A DNA stretch of 64,000 bases, taken from sequence record PQ015379.1. One strand, 5' to 3'. A program made the translations under genes and the position numbers. Numbering within the stretch: the stretch's first letter is position 1; each line of letters starts with the position of its first letter. Below the pieces are notes generated by a model. The model was given only the letters and a program-made list of their open reading frames with translations, did no database searches and had not been told where the DNA came from. Below, piece by piece: positions 26,470-34,975 of this stretch.

Positions 26470-27048
26470 ATGGCACGTGCAAAGAAAATCGAAACCCCAG
26501 CAATCGACCCGGCAATCGCGTGGAACACAGACCACGACAAAATGTTGGTCATTGCCGAAAAGACTTTTCAGTTGGCATTGGATAACTTGCGCCTTCTGCA
26601 AGCGGCACAACACCGTGGCATTTCCAGCGCTGAACTGCTGACCCGCATCGCCGCCGAATTCAAACGCCAAGAAAAAATCGTGGCACGTTTGAAAGCAGCG
26701 ACCGAAGAAATGGGCGGCACCGTTTCGAGCGCAGTGGACGACGGCATTTTCGGTCGTGAGCAATATGGCTGGTGCTTCACGTTCAAAACCAACACCGGCC
26801 ACCTGATCGAATTCAGTTACGGTCGTGGTATGGAAGCGGACGCCTACGATTTGCCTTTGTCGTTCCGCTGGACTGTGCGCTATCCAAAAGCCCGCTTCAA
26901 AACGCAGCGCGTGGCCACCCCGGAAAATGATCACGATTACATCGACTGCGAGAACGTCGGTGATTTCAAACGCTACGTGAAGCGCGCAGTCAAATGGCTG
27001 AACGACACACGCGGCACCGACAACAAAAAAGTAATCACACTCGCCTAA
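26470..27048 (+). CDS. hypothetical protein
   Basis: Packed ORF. Confidence 0.75.
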   Translation: MARAKKIETPAIDPAIAWNTDHDKMLVIAEKTFQLALDNLRLLQAAQHRGISSAELLTRIAAEFKRQEKIVARLKAATEEMGGTVSSAVDDGIFGREQYGWCFTFKTNTGHLIEFSYGRGMEADAYDLPLSFRWTVRYPKARFKTQRVATPENDHDYIDCENVGDFKRYVKRAVKWLNDTRGTDNKKVITLA

Positions 27049-27066
27049 TGGGCTAAGGAACGTAAA

Positions 27067-27462
27067 ATGCTTTCGCTGATGTTGAAAATGTGTCTGGCTG
27101 GTCAACCGTGCAAGGAAGTGCGTGTCGCAGATTTCTTCACGGCGCAGGCTGGTTTCATGTGTGAATATAATCGCGAAGGCATGCAAGAATCTGCCACTCG
27201 CGAAAAACGCCCCGGCACCTTCAGTTGCAAGGCCGGACTCGCGGAAGAAAAATTGACGCCGTTGGCTACGCTGAATTTCAAAGTGTGCGTGGCCAGCGGT
27301 ACACCGGGTGAACAGTGCGACGGTTTCGCACTGGCCCAATTCTACGGCGCAGAATACGCTGAACCAGCATGTGCAAAGAATGCTGATCACCTGCGCCCGG
27401 CACTGGAAAAGGCAGCAGGCGGAACACACGCCCGTGTCAAACTGGACTGCTTTTCAAACTAG
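27067..27462 (+). CDS. Cys-rich protein with internal duplication
   Basis: L.LKMCL...C...VADFF...C..N repeated as LNFKVCV...C...LAQFY...C..N. Confidence 0.7.
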   Translation: MLSLMLKMCLAGQPCKEVRVADFFTAQAGFMCEYNREGMQESATREKRPGTFSCKAGLAEEKLTPLATLNFKVCVASGTPGEQCDGFALAQFYGAEYAEPACAKNADHLRPALEKAAGGTHARVKLDCFSN

Positions 27463-27473
27463 GAGCCAGCCGC

Positions 27474-27743
27474 ATGACTTTGACGCCGGAACAAGTGGCC
27501 CTGTTGTTGGCAGTGGTTGGGATCGCGTGCGTTATTCTGGCGTGGCTCGAAACCCATTCGCGCCTTCGCAAAACGCAGTTGATGTATCGCGCTTCTGAAA
27601 ACCGGGTTGCGCTGCTGGAATTAGAAATCGGCAGGCTGACACGCACCAATAAATACCAAGGCCCAAACAAACCGAGTTACGAACAACCGGAGGGCGCCAC
27701 GTACGAGCTTTGCAAAAAGACGGGTAACTGGCGCGTTACATGA
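27474..27743 (+). CDS. membrane-anchored coiled-coil protein
   Basis: N-terminal TM; ends KKTGNWRVT. Confidence 0.7.
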   Translation: MTLTPEQVALLLAVVGIACVILAWLETHSRLRKTQLMYRASENRVALLELEIGRLTRTNKYQGPNKPSYEQPEGATYELCKKTGNWRVT

Positions 27744-28081
27744 TGGTGGAAAAATCTTACCTGCTGTTACCGTGCATTGGCCTTGCGGTCACGATGTGGG
27801 CCGCGTGGTTTTGGAAACGCAGCTACAGGGCAGCCGAAAAGGAAAGCGAGCGCCACGCAAGAAACGCCGCCAACCTTTCCGGCATGCTAGAAGAGGAACG
27901 CGAAGAAAACGAACGCCTGCGCCGCTACCTCAAGCAAGCAAAAGCCCGCATTGCCAAATATGAAGGCGACCGCGACAAACAGGAAGCGTTTCAGAAACGG
28001 GAAAGGGTGTTGGCTGCGCATGCACCCGATATCCCGATAGTGCAGTTCGATTCCAAAACCGGGCAATGGCGCGTTCGCTGA
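27740..28081 (+). CDS. membrane-anchored coiled-coil protein
   Basis: N-terminal TM; ends DSKTGQWRVR. Confidence 0.7.
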   Translation: MMVEKSYLLLPCIGLAVTMWAAWFWKRSYRAAEKESERHARNAANLSGMLEEEREENERLRRYLKQAKARIAKYEGDRDKQEAFQKRERVLAAHAPDIPIVQFDSKTGQWRVR

Positions 28082-28097
28082 TCCGGCAGCACAAACA

Positions 28098-28129
28098 AGG
28101 CTCCCCAGTTTCGGCTGGCGGGGCCTTTT
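28098..28129 (+). terminator. rho-independent terminator
   Basis: AAGGCTCCCCAG...CTGGCGGGGCCTT followed by TT. Confidence 0.7.
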
Positions 28130-28155
28130 GCGTTTGGGGCCTACCACCGCTTCTT

Positions 28156-28187
28156 TATACGCGTGCGCACGCGTATACGTGCGTATA
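28156..28187. repeat. alternating purine-pyrimidine tract (32 bp) containing a 22-bp perfect palindrome
   Basis: TATACGCGTGCGCACGCGTATACGTGCGTATA ending 29 nt before a -35 box. Confidence 0.85.
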
Positions 28188-28216
28188 GAGGGCGTGCCGG
28201 GCGTTTCGATTGGGTG

Positions 28217-28245
28217 TTGACTTTGGAATGGGGCCTTGATACCTT
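28217..28245 (+). promoter_or_regulatory. sigma70-type promoter P5
   Basis: TTGACT-17 nt-TACCTT with extended TG. Confidence 0.8.
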
Positions 28246-28282
28246 TGGCACCAAGTCGGGCGCAGCCTGCCTGACAAACCAA

Positions 28283-28305
28283 CACTCACGCAATAGAGGA
28301 AGTTT
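28283..28305 (+). promoter_or_regulatory. leader box (copy 5)
   Basis: CACTCACGCAATAGAGGAAGTTT. Confidence 0.85.
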
Positions 28306-28309
28306 AGAA

Positions 28310-28459
28310 ATGGCCTACGCAACCACCGCCAAACGCAAAACCGCCACCGTCGCCAAATCTTGGGATTGGGATTCGGCATTCCGCAAAGACGACGCGGCCC
28401 GCGAAAAAGAAGTTTCGGACGCGGCTCGCCGTTTCCGTAAAGCGGCGATCACCAAATGA
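28310..28459 (+). CDS. 49-aa basic peptide
   Basis: MAYATTAKRKTATVAKSWDWD...; first gene after the P5 leader. Confidence 0.7.
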   Translation: MAYATTAKRKTATVAKSWDWDSAFRKDDAAREKEVSDAARRFRKAAITK

Positions 28460-28671
28460 GGATCGCGACCATCATTAAAGCGCTAGGCTCGGATAAGCTG
28501 GCGCTGTACAAAGGAAGTGGCTACTTCTACTTCACGTACGACGACCCGGCGCGAAACATTTATGAAACCCATAGCGTCGATGCAGTTTGCCGTTTGACCG
28601 ACCTGTCGCTTGACCAGTGGATCAGCGAAGGCAAAACCCTACTCACTAAAATCGCAGAACTGGAAGCTTGA
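28456..28671 (+). CDS. small hypothetical protein
   Basis: ATGA overlap. Confidence 0.75.
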   Translation: MRIATIIKALGSDKLALYKGSGYFYFTYDDPARNIYETHSVDAVCRLTDLSLDQWISEGKTLLTKIAELEA

Positions 28672-28673
28672 TC

Positions 28674-28817
28674 ATGCCTTACGAAACTACCGCCATCGGC
28701 CACCTGTACGAAATCGCAACCTTGGCCGCAGTGCTGGCGGTTGTAGGCGCCTTCGCCTACGTTGAACACCGTCGCAAAAAGAACGCGCCTAAACCACGCG
28801 GTGCTACGAAGATTTAA
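28674..28817 (+). CDS. 47-aa single-TM peptide
   Basis: Read manually: MPYETTAIGHLYEIATLAAVLAVVGAFAYVEHRRKK... Confidence 0.6.
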   Translation: MPYETTAIGHLYEIATLAAVLAVVGAFAYVEHRRKKNAPKPRGATKI

Positions 28818-28833
28818 ACCGGCTCGTTTTTTC

Positions 28834-28855
28834 TGCGCATCTAGAACGGTGCGCA
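28834..28855. promoter_or_regulatory. dyad operator TGCGCA-N10-TGCGCA
   Basis: Identical to 23320-23341. Confidence 0.75.
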
Positions 28856-28900
28856 TATGAAACTAAACCGCAACACACGATCCTTATCAGGAGCCACAAA

Positions 28901-29326
28901 ATGACCGCTACCAAAACCCTCGTTAAATCCGTTCCAGCTTTCGACGTTGTAGACCTGAACCAAGAAATCATTGACCTGCCGTTCGGTTCGATGGGCGACG
29001 GTATCGGCAAACCCGGCCTGCGTTTCTGCGTAGCAAAGGAAACCATGCGCCACGGCACGCTGTACCCGGAAGTCGCACCGAATTGCAGCGCGTACTACGC
29101 GATGGAATACAACGAAGACCCGGTGGCCGCTGAAGCGCGCTGCATCGAGCGCAAGCACGAACTGTACTGGGTGAACAATTGCGCTTCGTCGCTGGTTTCG
29201 CATGACCGCGCACGCTGGGAAATGGTGCTGCTGAAACCCGGCCAGAAAATCCACATGCACGGTCGCCTGATGGAGTTCTACCGCAAAGGCAACAGCGACC
29301 ACTACGGCCTGCGCGAAATCGCCTAA
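28901..29326 (+). CDS. hypothetical protein
   Basis: AGGAG RBS. Confidence 0.8.
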   Translation: MTATKTLVKSVPAFDVVDLNQEIIDLPFGSMGDGIGKPGLRFCVAKETMRHGTLYPEVAPNCSAYYAMEYNEDPVAAEARCIERKHELYWVNNCASSLVSHDRARWEMVLLKPGQKIHMHGRLMEFYRKGNSDHYGLREIA

Positions 29327-29340
29327 CAGCTAATCGGTTC

Positions 29341-29362
29341 TGCACATTCCACGGAGTGTGCA
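29341..29362. promoter_or_regulatory. dyad operator TGCACA-N10-TGTGCA
   Basis: Symmetric variant of the 23320/28834 box; intergenic. Confidence 0.65.
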
Positions 29363-29399
29363 GGCACGATAAAACTGACCTGACACAGGAACCTAAAAA

Positions 29400-29915
29400 A
29401 TGAAACCGTTCAAATTCGCAAAATCCGATCTGACCATGCTGCGCCAGAACTGCACAGGCGCCACCATTACCTGCGAAAGCGACAGCGTGGCAATCGCGAA
29501 AGTCAAAGGCAATCCGTTTGTGCGGGTTGAGGTGGACACCACCAACGCTTTGCGTCTGACCGTCCGCGTTTTCCGCAACGATGCGTGGCACCGTTTCATG
29601 GAAGTCAAATCGACGTTCAAGGAAAACGACAAGCACGCCCAGCGCACCTACAGCGCCGGTATGTTCGGTGACGATTTCCCGAAGGCGTTTGCAGACCTGA
29701 ACGAAACGCAGCGTGAGCACGTTTTGCAGTGGCAACGCACGCACTGGGTTGATTTGGAAATGGACGAAGTAACTCGGGTTCTGGAAAAGACCCTGTTTAG
29801 CAAAACGCCTGTCATGCCTACGCATGTGTACCGCTTCCCCAAGTGCTACAGCAAAGCGGTACTGAAGGCGTTCAAAGTGGACACCAGCGCGGCCACCGCC
29901 GCAATGCAGGAATAA
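29400..29915 (+). CDS. hypothetical protein
   Basis: AGGA RBS. Confidence 0.8.
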   Translation: MKPFKFAKSDLTMLRQNCTGATITCESDSVAIAKVKGNPFVRVEVDTTNALRLTVRVFRNDAWHRFMEVKSTFKENDKHAQRTYSAGMFGDDFPKAFADLNETQREHVLQWQRTHWVDLEMDEVTRVLEKTLFSKTPVMPTHVYRFPKCYSKAVLKAFKVDTSAATAAMQE

Positions 29916-29917
29916 AC

Positions 29918-30265
29918 ATGGAAGCACAACACCGCAGCCATCCCCGCGCCGCCCGGATTCAGAAGCTGGTCGGCGTGATGGATGAACACATGGTGCGGCT
30001 AACCCGGCTGCACTTTAGCTACCTCGAAAATTTCTACGACACGGAACAGGAAATCGCTACGGCGATTTTCCTGCTTTACGACGGGTCGGAAATCTTCGGG
30101 CATTTCAAGGCTCGGCACAAACACGGCACCGCCATTATCGATTTCGAAATCGAGCGGAATAATCAGGTGCTGAAAAAAGGAACGGGCATCAAAGAGTGGT
30201 GCCAGTACATGAAAGAACGTGGCGTGTTGCGCCCGTGGGTCGATTGGAAAGGGGAAGGCGTATGA
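29918..30265 (+). CDS. hypothetical protein
   Basis: Packed ORF. Confidence 0.7.
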   Translation: MEAQHRSHPRAARIQKLVGVMDEHMVRLTRLHFSYLENFYDTEQEIATAIFLLYDGSEIFGHFKARHKHGTAIIDFEIERNNQVLKKGTGIKEWCQYMKERGVLRPWVDWKGEGV

Positions 30266-30594
30266 CCGACAAAGTGATCTGCATCAAAACCAAACGCGTC
30301 ATGGAATCTTCGGACGTGCCGCAGAAATTCCCAGCGTTGGCGCAACGCGTGATCGAATCCGAAGCGGGTTGGGGAACGCGCCCTGACGGTTTTCTGGTGG
30401 CGCTCGATATCGACGCTTTCAACCGTCGTGCAAACGAAATCGTGAGCGCGGGCACTTACGCCGAATACAGCCGCGTCGATGGTGAACCGGTGCCGTGCTA
30501 CGTCACCGCAGAAACGCACGCGAAACTGGTGGAAGGCAACGGCTCGGTGTGGCTGCACCTGAAACCAAACGATTACAGCTGGAAGGTGGAATAA
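30262..30594 (+). CDS. conserved phage hypothetical protein
   Basis: IESEAGWGTRPDG motif. Confidence 0.75.
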   Translation: MTDKVICIKTKRVMESSDVPQKFPALAQRVIESEAGWGTRPDGFLVALDIDAFNRRANEIVSAGTYAEYSRVDGEPVPCYVTAETHAKLVEGNGSVWLHLKPNDYSWKVE

Positions 30595-30595
30595 A

Positions 30596-30826
30596 ATGCC
30601 TACCCTTCGTGTTCGATATAAGCACAGTCTGGCCGCCCAGTATTTGACCGAGGGCGAAGTCTACAAAATCTTCTGGAATCCGAACGCACGTCGAATCCCG
30701 TTCGATACCTATTTCACCAATATGGAGTCGGGCAGCGGCACGTACGTGCGCACCGCGCTGGTGGAAAAGGCGTTGAAGAATGGCGGCCTCGAAATCATAC
30801 GCGGGGCCGAAGGCAACACCGTCTAA
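30596..30826 (+). CDS. hypothetical protein
   Basis: Packed ORF. Confidence 0.7.
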   Translation: MPTLRVRYKHSLAAQYLTEGEVYKIFWNPNARRIPFDTYFTNMESGSGTYVRTALVEKALKNGGLEIIRGAEGNTV

Positions 30827-30836
30827 TAATCACTGG

Positions 30837-30858
30837 TGCGCATTCTGGCGAGTGCGCA
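30837..30858. promoter_or_regulatory. dyad operator TGCGCA-N10-TGCGCA
   Basis: TGCGCATTCTGGCGAGTGCGCA; intergenic. Confidence 0.7.
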
Positions 30859-30885
30859 TCAGGATGAACTAACGGAGATTTAAGA

Positions 30886-31077
30886 ATGGACAAACGTGTG
30901 CCCCATTTCAATAAGCCCAGCACATCCGAAGCAATTGGCGTGATTCTGCTGGGGCTGATCGCCTTGGCCTTCGTGGGCTTCTGTGTTGTGATTTTCGGCA
31001 CCTTCCTGTGGATCATTTGGGAACCACTGCCTGTAATCGCGGGCGTGTTGGTTGTGATCTGGTACGTGAGGAAATAA
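30886..31077 (+). CDS. small two-TM membrane protein
   Basis: Long hydrophobic stretch. Confidence 0.75.
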   Translation: MDKRVPHFNKPSTSEAIGVILLGLIALAFVGFCVVIFGTFLWIIWEPLPVIAGVLVVIWYVRK

Positions 31078-31079
31078 GG

Positions 31080-31283
31080 ATGGCTGTAGGTTGGGCACGC
31101 GAAGGCGACACGGAAAAAGAAACCGAGAACGCCATAGCACTGGAAATTTACCGGGCGCGTAAATCGCTCGAAGGACCACCACGCACCGACTGCATCGACT
31201 GTGACGAACCGATAGGGGCTGCCCGGCTGAAGGCGCATCCCACGGCGCAGCGCTGCATAGGTTGCCAAGCTGCGAGGGAATAA
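31080..31283 (+). CDS. TraR/DksA C4-type zinc finger protein (YbiI-like)
   Basis: MAVGWA.....CIDCDEPIG.ARL.A.P.A.RCIGCQ. Confidence 0.9.
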   Translation: MAVGWAREGDTEKETENAIALEIYRARKSLEGPPRTDCIDCDEPIGAARLKAHPTAQRCIGCQAARE

Positions 31284-31285
31284 AA

Positions 31286-31576
31286 ATGTTCGACGGGTTG
31301 AATACTCACGGATGTGCATCGAACGGCAATTTGCCGTTCACTGACGTTACCTTGCGTACCGGGGACGAACACAGCTTCGTTAAATATACGATTAATTTTG
31401 CGCCTGAAAACGGCGGTGTGTTCGCCCTCGCTGACAGCTACATCAGCATCCCCAAGGAACACGAATACAGCTTCCCTTGGCACAACGAATCGCAAGACCA
31501 TTCCATCGAGTGGAACGTGGAACCGCCTGCGCCTATTTCAAATCATATATTCATCATCCCGCGTGCGAGGGACTGA
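31286..31576 (+). CDS. hypothetical protein
   Basis: GAGGG RBS. Confidence 0.7.
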   Translation: MFDGLNTHGCASNGNLPFTDVTLRTGDEHSFVKYTINFAPENGGVFALADSYISIPKEHEYSFPWHNESQDHSIEWNVEPPAPISNHIFIIPRARD

Positions 31577-31579
31577 AAA

Positions 31580-31798
31580 ATGTTCGACGGAATAAAAGTT
31601 GTCGAAATCACGGGCAGCACGTTCGCCAGTTTAGAAATGGTAGACGGTGATTATACGCTGTCCTACGATATCAATTTCCAAGACGACCCGGAGGCCCGCG
31701 ACTTCCCCGAAGAAAACGTGTGGGCACGCGCCGTCTGCTACAACCACCGCCACAATCTGTATTTTCCAGAAGACGGCGAAACCGAACATTCCTACTGA
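31580..31798 (+). CDS. small acidic hypothetical protein
   Basis: GAGGG RBS. Confidence 0.7.
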   Translation: MFDGIKVVEITGSTFASLEMVDGDYTLSYDINFQDDPEARDFPEENVWARAVCYNHRHNLYFPEDGETEHSY

Positions 31799-31809
31799 GG
31801 ACACGCCCC

Positions 31810-32423
<614 letters not shown>

Positions 32424-32425
32424 CA

Positions 32426-32614
32426 ATGCCATACGCGACCGATCCCAAATGGGTAGCGTCACAAACCTATCTTGGCTGCATTCAATGGGCCATTTACTCA
32501 CACCGTCATTACATGCACACACGGCGCCATGGCTTCGTCATGGCTGCCGACGAATACAAAACCGACCGCGAAACGTTTTTGAGGCGTGCGCGGATTTTGA
32601 GGCCCAAGCAATGA
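32426..32614 (+). CDS. small hypothetical protein
   Basis: Packed ORF. Confidence 0.65.
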   Translation: MPYATDPKWVASQTYLGCIQWAIYSHRHYMHTRRHGFVMAADEYKTDRETFLRRARILRPKQ

Positions 32615-32954
32615 TCGACATTGCCGAAAATCCAGAATATGTAAATGACCTTGTGGACGACCAGCGGGGCTGGTGGCTGGCACCGAATGCATTTTCAAAA
32701 CGTACTCGCCGGGTTCCAATCTCGTTTATCTGGTCACGGTCGATAGCGACCAAGACGCGTACGAAGCTGAAGTGCGCCGCCTGTGCAAGAAACTGGAAGA
32801 TGAAGGCGTTGAAGATTTCGTGGTTAAGGCTGTACCCGATTTGATCTACTCGGACTTCATTAAAGTTTTTCGTTCAACCCAACATGGCATCGGCGGGATG
32901 GAACACCACCACATGATCGCCATTCTGAAAAGCGGCCAGTACGTTCTGGCGTAA
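32611..32954 (+). pseudogene. probable single gene split by a 1-nt frameshift in a G run
   Basis: MIDIAENPEYVNDLVDDQR (ATGA overlap) joins LVAGTECIFKTY... if GGGG at 32666-32669 were G5. Confidence 0.45.
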
Positions 32955-32963
32955 GGAGGACAC

Positions 32964-33641
32964 ATGAATATTCCTGTTTGGGCACTGGCCATTCTTTTGG
33001 CGTGTGCCCTTTTCGTTTTGTGGCGTTGGGCGCTCCCGCGTGTACTTCGCTTCGTGCTGGCCTTAATGGGTTTCTTCTGGCACCTGAGCGCCGCCAAGCT
33101 TTACAAAATGCCAACCGGCCCAATTTGGGCACTGGCCCCGCACTACGTGTTGCGCGCCTACCAGAACCGCAACGACTACACGACCAGCGTTCGCCATCCA
33201 GATATCGCATTTAATTACAGGTACGGCGTACTCAACTGCATGACGCAGGATGAAAAGTGGCTGGACGAATTAGCCACCGCGCTTTGGAACGGTCGCCATT
33301 ACATGAACGTGACGGTGATCAAAAATGAACCCGACCTGAAAGTAAACGAGACGATGGAATGCGTGGTCGGCGTGTTGCCAGCCAACGAAGATTCGGAATC
33401 GGTGCGCGCCTTGATTCTGCATCCCATGTCTAACACCGTCGAATCGGTTATCGGCTTCGATTTAAAACGACTGCTGAAAACCGTTGCGCATTATATGCCC
33501 GACGTGGAGGCCGTAGTTATTCACGGGCCACGTTCCATGATCGACCGTAAATGGAACACCATCGAATATCTGGCGGCGCTGGATGGCCGCTGGCACGATA
33601 TCGACCACCTCGCTTTTAAAATTCCACGGGACCACAAATGA
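32964..33641 (+). CDS. N-terminally membrane-anchored hypothetical protein
   Basis: AAGGAGG RBS; hydrophobic N-terminus. Confidence 0.8.
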   Translation: MNIPVWALAILLACALFVLWRWALPRVLRFVLALMGFFWHLSAAKLYKMPTGPIWALAPHYVLRAYQNRNDYTTSVRHPDIAFNYRYGVLNCMTQDEKWLDELATALWNGRHYMNVTVIKNEPDLKVNETMECVVGVLPANEDSESVRALILHPMSNTVESVIGFDLKRLLKTVAHYMPDVEAVVIHGPRSMIDRKWNTIEYLAALDGRWHDIDHLAFKIPRDHK

Positions 33642-34012
33642 AAGAAGCTAAGCAGTACCACATTTATTTGACTGGCGCGATTCACATCGGTTCTGTGACG
33701 CCGCAACTCATGACCACCTGCATTTCGCAATTCGAGCGTGATGGTTATCCGTGGATGGCAAGTTTGCTGCGTGATTTGATCATCGATGCAAAATTGCGCG
33801 CCGATCCGGAATACCCGCAAGACCGCCGCGTGGTCGTCAACGAAGTGCAGGCCATGCTTTGGGGCAAAGCGATTGGCGCCACCAAAGCAACGCGCCGTGC
33901 ATTCGATTGCACAGGCTTCAAGCAACGCCACGGCCTATTCCTGAGCTACGGCGTCCACCCCATGCCCAACGACGACGCTGTACGCTGCCCGTGCTGTAAA
34001 CGGCCTTACTGA
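33638..34012 (+). CDS. hypothetical protein
   Basis: ATGA overlap; C-terminal CPCC. Confidence 0.7.
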   Translation: MKEAKQYHIYLTGAIHIGSVTPQLMTTCISQFERDGYPWMASLLRDLIIDAKLRADPEYPQDRRVVVNEVQAMLWGKAIGATKATRRAFDCTGFKQRHGLFLSYGVHPMPNDDAVRCPCCKRPY

Positions 34013-34026
34013 GGCTCACAGGCCCA

Positions 34027-34055
34027 TTGACCGTTCGTCGGCCTTTGGGTACTAT
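34027..34055 (+). promoter_or_regulatory. sigma70-type promoter P6
   Basis: TTGACC-17 nt-TACTAT. Confidence 0.8.
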
Positions 34056-34061
34056 GAAACC

Positions 34062-34128
34062 CGGTCGCGCAATCGTGCCCGACCATAATGCACTCACGCA
34101 TTAAGGGAAGTTTAGGACTTCCCTTTTC
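34062..34128 (+). ncRNA. candidate ~65-70 nt small RNA or attenuated leader carrying leader box copy 6
   Basis: Promoter, hairpin GGTCG..CGACC, CACTCACGCATTAAGGGAAGTTT, then perfect stem AAGGGAAGT/ACTTCCCTT followed by TT; no ATG follows the box. Confidence 0.55.
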
Positions 34129-34153
34129 TATTGGACCCAACGAGGAAATAACC

Positions 34154-34621
34154 ATGAGCCACAAAATCGCGCTGCTGACCGTTCTGAATTTCAATCGCGC
34201 AACCAGCGCCGATGCATCCGAAATGGAAGACGCATTTCGCGCCGGGCTGATCACCGAAACCGAACTGCTGAAAAAGTTGATCGACCTCGCCAGTCGCAAC
34301 AACGCACTTCCGGTCGAGACGCTGGCGGAAATCGCGACCGCTGCATTTCCTTACGGTGTGGCTACCGGCAGTTATGACGACGACGGCGAGAACTGCAAAT
34401 ACTGCGACGACTTCGCCAGCCTGCGCGATGCGATTATCGCGTGGGAAGAATATTCGCCGGGTTCTGCGTGGTCCCGCCTCGAATTCAAGGTGGACGGTTT
34501 CATGTACGCCCTCGACCCTTATAAAATCCGTAAGGCGAAGCGCGTCAAAATGGACAGCGGCGAAATGAGCACGCTGTATTACCCGTGCGATGCACGCGGC
34601 CAGTTCACGGAGCACAACTAA
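34154..34621 (+). CDS. hypothetical protein
   Basis: Own GAGGA RBS. Confidence 0.75.
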   Translation: MSHKIALLTVLNFNRATSADASEMEDAFRAGLITETELLKKLIDLASRNNALPVETLAEIATAAFPYGVATGSYDDDGENCKYCDDFASLRDAIIAWEEYSPGSAWSRLEFKVDGFMYALDPYKIRKAKRVKMDSGEMSTLYYPCDARGQFTEHN

Positions 34622-34911
34622 TGAGCACGCTGGACGATATTTTCCGCGAAGAGGAAGAGCGGCTGCTGGAAAAGGGCCGCGCTGAAATCGCACGGGAAAC
34701 TGCCGACTGGGAAGCGCTACCTGAAGAGGAAAAGCAGCGCATCAACCGCGAGCGTGAAGAGCGTTTCGCCAACGTGCCGGATTCTGACAAAGAGGAACCG
34801 GACGAAGAAGACGAAGAGGAAGACGACGGCGAGTATTGCAAACACAATCTCGACTACGGCGACTGCCATTCGTGCAGCTGGGAAGCGCATCAGGAAAACA
34901 TGGCGGATTAA
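34621..34911 (+). CDS. highly acidic protein with C-terminal CxH..CxxC
   Basis: DKEEPDEEDEEEDDGEYCKHNLDYGDCHSC. Confidence 0.75.
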   Translation: MSTLDDIFREEEERLLEKGRAEIARETADWEALPEEEKQRINREREERFANVPDSDKEEPDEEDEEEDDGEYCKHNLDYGDCHSCSWEAHQENMAD

Positions 34912-34975
34912 TTCTCAAGGGCATCCAGTGCGGTGCCCTTCGGAATGAACCGAAAGCCCCTACGAGGAACCAGCA

